Assembly (NCBI GenBank): GCA_030141605.1 | Contig: JAQGDQ010002495.1 | Location: 1-18,250, forward strand | Reading direction: 5' to 3' | From: Tubiluchus corallicola | Taxonomy: Eukaryota > Animalia > Priapulida | Length of the DNA stretch: 18,250 nucleotides | Shown: in pieces, positions 1 through 7,866 of the stretch | Layout: each line of letters starts with the position of its first letter | Position numbering within the stretch: the stretch's first letter is position 1 | Notes under the pieces: generated by a model | What the model was told of the DNA's origin: nothing | The model's database searches: none | The model's input: the letters and a program-made list of their open reading frames with translations, nothing else | Position numbers and translations under genes: made by a program

Positions 1-1461
1 GATCTATTAGAAGATTATGTTAAAATTATAGACCTAAGCTCAAGGTATGCAATGGCATATACAAACTTGGGTGATGAACACTATGAAGAAAGCAAATATC
101 AAAATGCTATAGGTCTTTACACTACCGCACTATCATTAGATTCTAACCTTAAAGAGGTATATAATAACAGAGGAAATGCCAAATACGAAATGGGAAATTT
201 CCAAGATGCCATTCAGGACTACACAAGTGCAGTAAAAATAGACCCCAAATATGGTATGGCATATAACAATCGAGCAAACGCAAAATGTGAGCTTAAACAA
301 TATGCAGCTGCTATTGACGACTATACATTTGCTATCAACATATTGCCCAAACATGCTATTATTTACAACAATAGAGGGTCTGCCAAGTCCAAAATAGGAG
401 AATATGAGTCTGCCATTTTAGACTTTACGGAAGCAATAGAGTTAAACCCAAGATTAGCCAAAGCGTATAATAACAGAGGATTGGCAAGTGCTACATTAGG
501 ACGATTTGAGCAGTCTATTTTAGATTATTCAAGGGCTATAGACATAAATATGGGGTACACAACAGCATACAATAATAGGGGAATAGCTAAGCATGCTCTC
601 GGAAACTTCGAAGGGGCTATTAGAGATTACACAAGAGCCATTCAATTAGATCAAAACTTTGCCTTAGCGTATAGCAATAGAGGAAATGCACATTTTGAAT
701 TAATGCAATATGACAACGCTGTAGAAGATTTTGACAAGGCAATAAAAATAATTCCTGATAACGCTGTTACTTATAACCATAAAGGCCTTGCTAAATCTAA
801 ATTGAAGCTGTTGGATGATGCTCTGGAACAATTTGAAAAGGCAATAAAATTAAATTCTAATTTTGCGAATGCTTATAACAACAGAGCAACAGTAAAATAC
901 GAACTAAAACAGTTTGATAATGCTATTGCTGATTATGATACTGCTATAGAAATAAATCCCAAATTTGCTATTGCCTACAACAATAGAGGTAATGCAAAAT
1001 ACGAACTGGGACGCTACCATGAAGCAGTGGAAGACTACACTACTGCCATTAAATTAGACCCTTCGTTAGCTAAGGAATATAATAATACAGGAAATTCATA
1101 TTTTGCCATGGAAGAAAAATACAAAGCTAAAGAAGAGTTTGATATGTATAAAAAATTGACCACCAATGGCAATGGTGACAGCCCACAAAATGCTCATGTT
1201 GCTGATAATGAAATAAAAAGCGAATATGTAGAGTTAAGCGGCGATAAAGACCCCTTCAAAGAGGAGATAGGTGTTGATGAAAGCTATGATAATAGTAATA
1301 CCAATGAAGTTAACAAGCAAATGAAGGAAGAGTATCAAAGTGATGATAATCAAGAAAGCAGTGATGAAGAGGGACAGGATGCTATTGCTGACGGTGATGA
1401 ACAAGAAAAGGGATTGCAAAAAACACCAAAAGAAGAGAATGATTTTTTGCATATTAAATAA
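1..1461 (+). CDS. Tetratricopeptide repeat protein with acidic low-complexity C-terminal tail (5' partial)
   Basis: Frame is open from base 1 (DLLEDYVKIIDLSSRYA-MAY..., itself the end of a TPR), so the true start is probably upstream of the window rather than ATG 52. 11 tandem 34-aa units of the type AYNNRG-A...LG-Y..AI.DY..AI.L.P, then about 100 D/E/N/S-rich residues. Confidence 0.92.
   Translation, partial: DLLEDYVKIIDLSSRYAMAYTNLGDEHYEESKYQNAIGLYTTALSLDSNLKEVYNNRGNAKYEMGNFQDAIQDYTSAVKIDPKYGMAYNNRANAKCELKQYAAAIDDYTFAINILPKHAIIYNNRGSAKSKIGEYESAILDFTEAIELNPRLAKAYNNRGLASATLGRFEQSILDYSRAIDINMGYTTAYNNRGIAKHALGNFEGAIRDYTRAIQLDQNFALAYSNRGNAHFELMQYDNAVEDFDKAIKIIPDNAVTYNHKGLAKSKLKLLDDALEQFEKAIKLNSNFANAYNNRATVKYELKQFDNAIADYDTAIEINPKFAIAYNNRGNAKYELGRYHEAVEDYTTAIKLDPSLAKEYNNTGNSYFAMEEKYKAKEEFDMYKKLTTNGNGDSPQNAHVADNEIKSEYVELSGDKDPFKEEIGVDESYDNSNTNEVNKQMKEEYQSDDNQESSDEEGQDAIADGDEQEKGLQKTPKEENDFLHIK
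49..1160 (+). repeat. Array of 11 degenerate 102-bp (34-aa) TPR-coding repeats
   Basis: TAYAAYAAYAGRGG-like (YNNRG) motif recurs with 102-nt period; units are diverged at DNA level. Confidence 0.85.
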
Positions 1462-1469
1462 AAATATTA

Positions 1470-1520
1470 TAGGGGAAATAAGCAAATATTAATTAGCTCC
1501 CCTACTCTATTTCTTATTTC
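1470..1520. terminator. Possible weak stem-loop between convergent genes
   Basis: TAGGGGA (1470-1476) pairs with TCCCCTA (1498-1504); alternatively GAAATAAG (1475-1482) pairs with CTTATTTC (1513-1520). Large loops and no clean U-tract. Confidence 0.3.
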
Positions 1521-1538
1521 TTTACAAATCAGGGATAT

Positions 1539-2773
1539 CTAACCAAAAAACAAATAGCCAATTGATATGGCAGCTATAATAGCCCCTATTTCTGCTATGA
1601 TACCGCAAATAATGGCATAACGTGTGTTTTTAATACCCACAGCTCCAAAATAAACTGCAATGACATAAAAAACTGTTTCCGTAGATCCTTGAAAAATACA
1701 AGATAACGTGCCTGCAAAACTATTAGCACCATAAGTTTTCATTGTTTCAATCATTAAAGCCCGAGCCCCACTCCCACTTAATGGTTTCATAAAAGCAGTA
1801 GGTAGTGCAGGAACAAAATCAGTATTAAACCCTAACCACGTCACACATGCTGCTATTCCATCAATTAGAAAGTCCATTGCTCCAGATGTCTCGTAAAAAT
1901 TCCAATACCTACCAACATCGCAACAAGGTACGGTATAATCGTAATAGCAACTTTAAATCCTCCTTTAGCTCCCTCTACAAATGATTCATATACGTTTACC
2001 TTTTTTTTAATAGCTAAAGCAATAAAAACAATTATGATAGACATTAAAATAAAATGCCCTAAGAAAGATGACAATGTTTCTATTTGTTGCTGTTCCAGCT
2101 GCGATAAGTAAAAAATGAATATGAATACAAAAAGTGTAGCCCCTCCAAGATATTTTAAAATCACCTTGTCGAAAAGATTTATCTTCTGATATGTCGACAC
2201 CGTTACAAAGCCTATTAAGGTAGCAATAAAAGTAGTTATAAGAATAGGAATAAAAATATCAGCAGGGTTGTCTGCTCCTAATTGCCCCCTATATACCATT
2301 ATATTAATTGGAATGATTGTCAATCCAGTAGCATTCAACACGGCAAACATTATTTGTGGATTAGAAGCTCTGTTTTTATCTTTATTCAACTCTTGCATTC
2401 CTTCCATCGCCTTTATCCCCATTGGTGTAGCTGCATTATCCAAATTAAGCATATTAGCAGTAATATTCATTAATATGGGGGTGAATACAGGATGATTTTT
2501 AGGTATTTCAGGAAAAACACGCGAGAAAAAAGGAGAAAGCAGCTTTGATAATAATTTTATAATTCCTGCTTTTTCACCTATTTTAAGCATCCCTAACCAA
2601 AAACATAAAACACCTGTAAGCCCCAAAGAAATTTCAAAGGCTAACTTAGAAGTATCAATGGTAGAATTAAACAAAGATGAGAATATCTGCGTCTCATTAA
2701 AAAATATTAGCTTGATTAAAGCCACTATAAAGGATACTACAAAAAAGGATATCCAAATGTAATTAAGCACCAT
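1539..2773 (-). pseudogene. SpmA/SpmB fusion (nucleoside recognition/Gate domain membrane protein, about 410 aa) split by one frameshift near 1891-1898; may be a sequencing artefact
   Basis: ORF 1865-2773 has SpmA motifs (NMLNLDNAATPMGIKAM, SNPQIMF) and the start of SpmB (VNVYESFVEGAKGGF); ORF 1539-1877 has SpmB motifs (MKPLSGSGA, GSTETVFYVIAVYFGAVGIKNTRYA). Junction reads GIGIF/TSGAMDFL across two frames. Confidence 0.85.
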
Positions 2774-2791
2774 AACTCATTAGATTATATT

Positions 2792-2799
2792 CAAATATA
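2792..2799 (-). promoter_or_regulatory. Bacteroidota primary sigma -7 element (TATATTTG) upstream of spmAB
   Basis: Exact match to TAnnTTTG, 18 nt before ATG 2773. Confidence 0.55.
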
Positions 2800-2801
2800 A
2801 C

Positions 2802-3171
2802 CTAATAAATAAAATTCTTTTCTTTTTTCTTAAACATTTCCAAAAAAAATGCAGCACTTAGTGCCGCCAACCCTGAGCAAACCCCTCCTATGAGAGCAGT
2901 AATAAGCACAAGCAAAACAGAGTTGCTGAACCCCAACAACTCGCTTACACTTTTTTCAACAAGCTATTGATGAAGTGTTATTTTTAATTGAGTTAGATAA
3001 GTAAAACCATAGTAATCCATTAGCTATCAAACCACTAGCAAATGAACGGAAAGCCGTATGATTAAATAAAGAAACTATAATGAAACTACTACACATATCC
3101 ACCAAGGAAAATAGTTTCTAAAAAAACGTTAATAACCCTATCACTAATATTTTAGCTATTAATCTTATCAT
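2802..3171 (-). pseudogene. Small hydrophobic membrane protein (about 122 aa) with at least three frameshifts; absent from the ORF track
   Basis: ATG 3171 overlaps the acylase TGA (ATGA). Stitched reading: MIRLIAKILVIGLLTFF/NYFPWWICVVVS/IVSLFNHTAFRSFASGLIANGLLWFYLSNSIKNNTSSI/LVEKSVSELLGFSNSVLLVLITALIGGVCSGLAALSAAFFLEMFKKKEKNFIY*. Breaks near 3120-3126, 3079 and 2964. Confidence 0.75.
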
Positions 3172-5633
3172 TCTTTTGTTGGATTTAGTGTTTGTGTAAA
3201 AATTATATCTTCAGGCTCATCGTCTGCTTTTTTCAAAAAGAGAAGAGGTATATATTGACCTGCCTCCCACATCTCTATCATATCATCATAATGTTTATTG
3301 CCTGGGTTGCCTGATTGCCCACCTGGAAGGATAGACCACGCCTTTATATCCTTAGACAAAGAAACAATTAACCTCTGAGAAGGTCCCACAGAAGAGGTAA
3401 TTGCATTTACAGCATCAGGGCTACCACCTACATCAAGATCTTTTCTACTAAAAACTTCTATATCCGCTAAGTGATTTATATTCGTTTTCTTGTGATTTCT
3501 CCACTCTAAGTTCTGAATAACATCATCATCTTTTATCTTTTCTACTTCATTTAGCATTGCTCTATAAGCCATATTTACCAAATCCGTTAGGTTTTCTTGC
3601 TGGGGAGTTCGCACAATATCAATATACTTATTGTTTGGGAAATGAGTTAACATATGTATTGTGGTACTTTCACTTGGTAGGTTTAATTTTACTCCTTTAT
3701 TTAAAAACTCATCCCATATGGAGCGATATAGCTCTTGCCACCAAATCTCAAAAAAGGTTGGAGCCATTTTGCTTGCATCATAAGAGTACTCCCATTCACT
3801 TAATAAATAGAATATTTCTCTTTCTTTTTGTGCCAACATGTTTATTTCAAGATGTTTCAACATAATTGGCAGCACTTCTTCTGCTTTGAGGCTGTAATTA
3901 TCATTTTGCAAGTCCATCATCTTCATAGGAGTTATATTTTTGCTTTTCTCCAAAATTCTATTAATGTACCTATTTCTATAATGTTCTTGGTTGTTGTTGT
4001 GGATATAGTATGGGTAGTTAAAAATAGGGTATTGGTTTGCAGAAGCCACAAATCCTTCCTTAGGGTTTAACACATATGGATTTTCCTCAAATGGAACAAA
4101 ATCACCCCATTCATTTTCGCTCGTAGAACCATCAAGAATAAACCTACCTTGTTGGTTTTCTTTAATAGGGAACTTACCTTGTATGTGCATAGCTATTTCT
4201 CCTTTTGATGATGCAAATGCTATGTTTTGTGGAGGGGTGGCATAATAAAAAATTGCTTCTTTAAATTCTTGATAATTTTTAGATTTGCCCATTTTAACAA
4301 AAGCCAGTGGAGATAATGAGGGTTCATGAGCTGTCCATTTTAGAGCTAAATGTAGCCTATCTTTGTCCAAAGGAAACTTATCATCATAAACCACAGGTCC
4401 ATAGTGAGTATAAACAACTGTATCATAAATTGTTGCGTTACCCTTTATTTTAATTTCTTCTATTCTTTGTTGTGTTTTTAAAACTTTATCATCGTACTTA
4501 TACTCTTCTTTTGAGTTGCCAGAAAACTCTATTTTATACCAATCTGCCAGATCTCTGCAAGAATTAGTAAATCCCCATGCTATAGAATCATTAAAGCCCA
4601 CAACAACCATAGGAATGCCTGGTATGGTGTATCCAAACAAATTATTATCAGGTGTTACTTGTTGTATGTGATACCAAATGCTTGGCAATCTTAACGTTAA
4701 ATGCATATCGTTAGCCAATATCGGATATCCACTATTGGTTTTTGTCCCTGCCACTGCCCAATTATTACTCCCTATATTAGACTTTCCTGATACATTGTTA
4801 TCAATATTACGATCAAAATTAGCGTTTTCATTAATAATAGTAGATGTAATATTTCTATTAGTTTTTAATTTTCTTTTTTTCTTTAAATTTATTTTACGAA
4901 TAAGGTCAAAAGAGTTTCTATTAGATATAATAGGAGTGGTAGTGGGCAGATATTCTGGAAATAAGAAATCAAAATCATCCTTAAATAGGTTCAATGCATT
5001 GGTATTTTCCAAGTCATTCTCACTTAATGTAAGTTCTTGATTCATATATTGTTGTATTATAACGGATTTCAGAGGTGTCCAATTTTCAGGCTCAAATGAC
5101 AACAATTTGTACTCTATAGGGTAGTTTTTATATGTTAAACTATTGATATAAGCATTTACTCCATTTGCATAGTTTTCTAACAACCGTTTTACTTCTTTAT
5201 TTTCCATCCATAACTCCAAAGACTTTTCCGCTGCATAGAGCATTCCCAACCTTCGTTGTTTTCTATCATGTTCTATGGCTTTTTCTCCCACCACTTCTGA
5301 AAGCCTTCCTACTGCGCTACGACAAATCATATCCATTTGCCACAGTCTATGCATGGCATGCAAATATCCCGTTGCAAACGCTATGTCATCATCATTATTG
5401 GCAAAAACATGAGGAATTAAATGTTTGTCATATTTAATGATTACTTCTTCTTTCAGTTGTTTTAAGTTCAGTGTTTTTGGTGCACTTATCGAGGCAGTAT
5501 CTACGTTGTGCCAAAATCCACTAAATGGGCTTAAGAATTTTCCTATTGGGGGGTAGTGTTTATGCTCAATACTTAGTTTGATAACTAAGAATAGCATTAT
5601 AGCAAATACAAATATAAATTTAAAGAACTTCAT
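3168..5633 (-). CDS. Penicillin acylase family protein (Ntn hydrolase, peptidase S45; includes AHL acylases)
   Basis: Alpha-chain motifs IPHVFA, GYLHAMHRLWQMD, GRLSEVVG; beta-chain start G|SNNWAV with nucleophile Ser289 (4767-4769); ILANDMHL, GFNDSIAWGFTN, PGGQSGNPG; N-terminal signal/anchor. Confidence 0.95.
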   Translation of the reverse strand: MKFFKFIFVFAIMLFLVIKLSIEHKHYPPIGKFLSPFSGFWHNVDTASISAPKTLNLKQLKEEVIIKYDKHLIPHVFANNDDDIAFATGYLHAMHRLWQMDMICRSAVGRLSEVVGEKAIEHDRKQRRLGMLYAAEKSLELWMENKEVKRLLENYANGVNAYINSLTYKNYPIEYKLLSFEPENWTPLKSVIIQQYMNQELTLSENDLENTNALNLFKDDFDFLFPEYLPTTTPIISNRNSFDLIRKINLKKKRKLKTNRNITSTIINENANFDRNIDNNVSGKSNIGSNNWAVAGTKTNSGYPILANDMHLTLRLPSIWYHIQQVTPDNNLFGYTIPGIPMVVVGFNDSIAWGFTNSCRDLADWYKIEFSGNSKEEYKYDDKVLKTQQRIEEIKIKGNATIYDTVVYTHYGPVVYDDKFPLDKDRLHLALKWTAHEPSLSPLAFVKMGKSKNYQEFKEAIFYYATPPQNIAFASSKGEIAMHIQGKFPIKENQQGRFILDGSTSENEWGDFVPFEENPYVLNPKEGFVASANQYPIFNYPYYIHNNNQEHYRNRYINRILEKSKNITPMKMMDLQNDNYSLKAEEVLPIMLKHLEINMLAQKEREIFYLLSEWEYSYDASKMAPTFFEIWWQELYRSIWDEFLNKGVKLNLPSESTTIHMLTHFPNNKYIDIVRTPQQENLTDLVNMAYRAMLNEVEKIKDDDVIQNLEWRNHKKTNINHLADIEVFSRKDLDVGGSPDAVNAITSSVGPSQRLIVSLSKDIKAWSILPGGQSGNPGNKHYDDMIEMWEAGQYIPLLFLKKADDEPEDIIFTQTLNPTKE

Positions 5634-5693
5634 GTTTTACCTTTATGATAAGAGAGCTATACTTTTTAAGTTCTACCAGGTTTTATTGGAAAA

Positions 5694-5783
5694 GGCAAAT
5701 CAGAATCGCACTGCTCAACCACTTTACCCTTGCTTCCTTTCGAACCTGGGGGATTTAGCAGGAGCTAATCGTACTGATTTGCC
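5694..5783 (-). ncRNA. ffs: Signal recognition particle RNA (4.5S, bacterial small SRP)
   Basis: Minus strand contains CCAGGTTC-GAAA-GGAAGCAAGGG, matching the SRP domain IV core (CAGGUCC-GGAA-GGAAGCAG) with a GNRA loop; perfect 10-bp closing stem GGCAAATCAG/CTGATTTGCC; U-run follows; promoter directly upstream. Confidence 0.92.
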
Positions 5784-5787
5784 AATG

Positions 5788-5818
5788 CAAAGATAATGAT
5801 TTTAGCTTTTTTCTCAAA
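5788..5818 (-). promoter_or_regulatory. Bacteroidota -33/-7 promoter of ffs
   Basis: Minus strand TTTG (5818-5815), 19-nt spacer, TATCTTTG (5795-5788), then the RNA begins 4 nt later. Confidence 0.85.
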
Positions 5819-5842
5819 AAAAAAGTATTTTTTTAATATAAA

Positions 5843-7642
5843 TTAATATATAGAATTTATTATGCTAAATTTTCCATCTTGAAACTGCACAAATGGCGCG
5901 TAATGGTTGTCATTTAGCCCTTTTTCATATATGTATGCGGGAAATATTGCTCCATAAGAAATATTCCCTTTCTCTAATGCTCTTTCAAATCTATAGCCAT
6001 ACAAATATAAAAACTGTCCAAATTGTATCATAGTTTCATATCCAGCCAAAGCATACCCTTGTGGTAATGTCTGATAGCGTTTTATAAATTTTTTTTCAAA
6101 TTTTTTATGTTTTTCCATATCACAGCATGCTGTTTTAGGAGATATAACAAGGGCAATCGGCACGCTTTCTAACACTTCATATGACAAGTCATTATCATAT
6201 ATCCAATCTCCTTTGCTCACCAACAATATGCTGTCAGCTCTAAAACTTAATGCTGCCAATACATTGCTTGCTAAAGCAAAACTGTTACTTGCTAAAAACA
6301 CGTGTCCTATATCACCTGCTGATAACACCAGCGAATCATCCTTCCCCATTCTATAAGTGTTGGTAGCCCCCTGATAACCTTCAGCTACGTCGCCTTCTAA
6401 TTTTTCTGTTTTTACTTTCTGTGCTAACAATTGCATGATTAAACGAGAATCATTTTCGGGAACTTCTTTAAAAATATTTACTCTATAGCCTCTTTGTTCA
6501 ATTTTTTCTTTATACATCTCCGCCATAATGGAGTCACGCTGTTGACTTCCATATAAAATCGTAGCATTTTGGCTGGTTACTAAAGAGGGTACTAAGCTTG
6601 CCGCCTTCTCTCCTACCGTCAATTCTGAAGATGACAGCAAAAATGCATATGGGTTATTCTTCACAACTTCTGTGTTGGTTGACAATGGATTTACCATATT
6701 GATTTTGTGCTGCAAAGAAAATTGCAATACTTCTCGAAGTGGCTCCGGATATAATGGTCCAATGATTAAGTCCATTTGTTCCATTTCTTTATGGCTTAAA
6801 ATGTTTTTTGTTTTAGATAAATTACGCTCAGTGTCATATACATGAAGGTTTACTTTCACTGATTGCTGTTGCAAATCTTCTTGAGCCAATAAAATGCCTT
6901 GATATAAATTGTATGCAAAATTTTTTGGTGATGTTTCTGGCTCTTTTTCATTGAACATAAAAGGAAGCATTACTGCAACGTTATACTCATTTCGCTTAGG
7001 CAACCCTTCTATTGAAGCTCTTATAAACTTATAGTTATTCCTATCTAACTTAAATTTTTCAATTATGTTATTATATGTCCATTGACCTTGTTCAGAGGTG
7101 TTTATTATGGGATTTTTGCATATCTCTATCAAAAGGGCTTTGGCAATAGTGAGGCTTTCTGGGAATTTTTTGTTCAAATCGCGCAAATACTCATAGTCAT
7201 TTATAGTATTAAAGTAATGTTCCAACATTCCAATAGTATAATTTCTTATCTTTAAGGACTTTATGCCATTATATACTCCAAATGCTTTTTCAACGTTATC
7301 TTGCTTTAAATAAACTTTCATTAGCCATAACCTTGCTTCGTCTATTTGCTCCCAAGATGGGTATTTTTTCAATATTTGTCTTAACATTAAAGCAGAATTG
7401 TCATAATCCTCCATGTAATAAGAAGATAGGGCGTGAAAATAACAAGCATATTTGCCAAAATGCGGGGTGCTTGTAAGAGTTTTAAAAATAGTTATAGCTT
7501 CAGAATATTGCTTGTTTTTAAACAATTTTTTTGCAGTAACATATCGCTGTTTTGTTACACCATCTACATCTTTTATACTTTGAGCATCTGTTGCATATGA
7601 CCAAAGGAGCATTGCACAGCAAATAAAGTATATTTTTCTCAT
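5843..7642 (-). CDS. Secreted protein: N-terminal TPR-like helices plus C-terminal type I periplasmic-binding-protein fold (LpoA/LppC-like)
   Basis: Signal peptide ending ATDA|Q; helical repeats (AKKLFKNKQYSEAITIF, ILKKYPSWEQIDEARLWL); PBP motifs NVAVMLPF, YQGILLA, LHVYDTE, MDLIIGPLY, INMVNPLS. Confidence 0.8.
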   Translation of the reverse strand: MRKIYFICCAMLLWSYATDAQSIKDVDGVTKQRYVTAKKLFKNKQYSEAITIFKTLTSTPHFGKYACYFHALSSYYMEDYDNSALMLRQILKKYPSWEQIDEARLWLMKVYLKQDNVEKAFGVYNGIKSLKIRNYTIGMLEHYFNTINDYEYLRDLNKKFPESLTIAKALLIEICKNPIINTSEQGQWTYNNIIEKFKLDRNNYKFIRASIEGLPKRNEYNVAVMLPFMFNEKEPETSPKNFAYNLYQGILLAQEDLQQQSVKVNLHVYDTERNLSKTKNILSHKEMEQMDLIIGPLYPEPLREVLQFSLQHKINMVNPLSTNTEVVKNNPYAFLLSSSELTVGEKAASLVPSLVTSQNATILYGSQQRDSIMAEMYKEKIEQRGYRVNIFKEVPENDSRLIMQLLAQKVKTEKLEGDVAEGYQGATNTYRMGKDDSLVLSAGDIGHVFLASNSFALASNVLAALSFRADSILLVSKGDWIYDNDLSYEVLESVPIALVISPKTACCDMEKHKKFEKKFIKRYQTLPQGYALAGYETMIQFGQFLYLYGYRFERALEKGNISYGAIFPAYIYEKGLNDNHYAPFVQFQDGKFSIINSIY

Positions 7643-7788
7643 AAGGTTTGAATACGTTTTTTAAGTAAAGTTATCAAGAAATTTTTAATAGTTCTATTTT
7701 GCTCTAAATTTTTTATGATTTTTTTGCATTTTGTGCTTTTATTTTAGGCTGGATAATAGTAGCTCAAATATTAATTTTTTACTTATGC

Positions 7789-7835
7789 AAAAAAGAAGTC
7801 TCTATTTTAGGTAAATAGCAAAATAGAGACTTCTT
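7789..7835 (-). terminator. Intrinsic terminator downstream of the propeller lipoprotein gene
   Basis: Perfect 16-bp inverted repeat AAGAAGTCTCTATTTT (7793-7808) / AAAATAGAGACTTCTT (7820-7835), 11-nt loop, U-tract on the minus strand (A6 at 7789-7794), 31 nt after stop 7867. Confidence 0.88.
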
Positions 7836-7866
7836 CATTGTATTATGTTGTTAAATCAATCTGCTC

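Noticed and set aside
49-1160. CRISPR-like or DNA-level tandem repeat
   Set aside because: The 102-nt period is protein-level TPR repetition with synonymous divergence; no identical repeats with unique spacers.
1539-2773. Sporulation function implied by the SpmA/SpmB name
   Set aside because: The family is widespread in non-sporulating Bacteroidota, and no other sporulation genes are present.
5578-5796. 72-aa plus-strand ORF
   Set aside because: Antisense to the SRP RNA and the acylase start; explained by those features.
7666-7673. Promoter for the 599-aa gene (TAACTTTA)
   Set aside because: One mismatch to TAnnTTTG in very AT-rich DNA; insufficient support.
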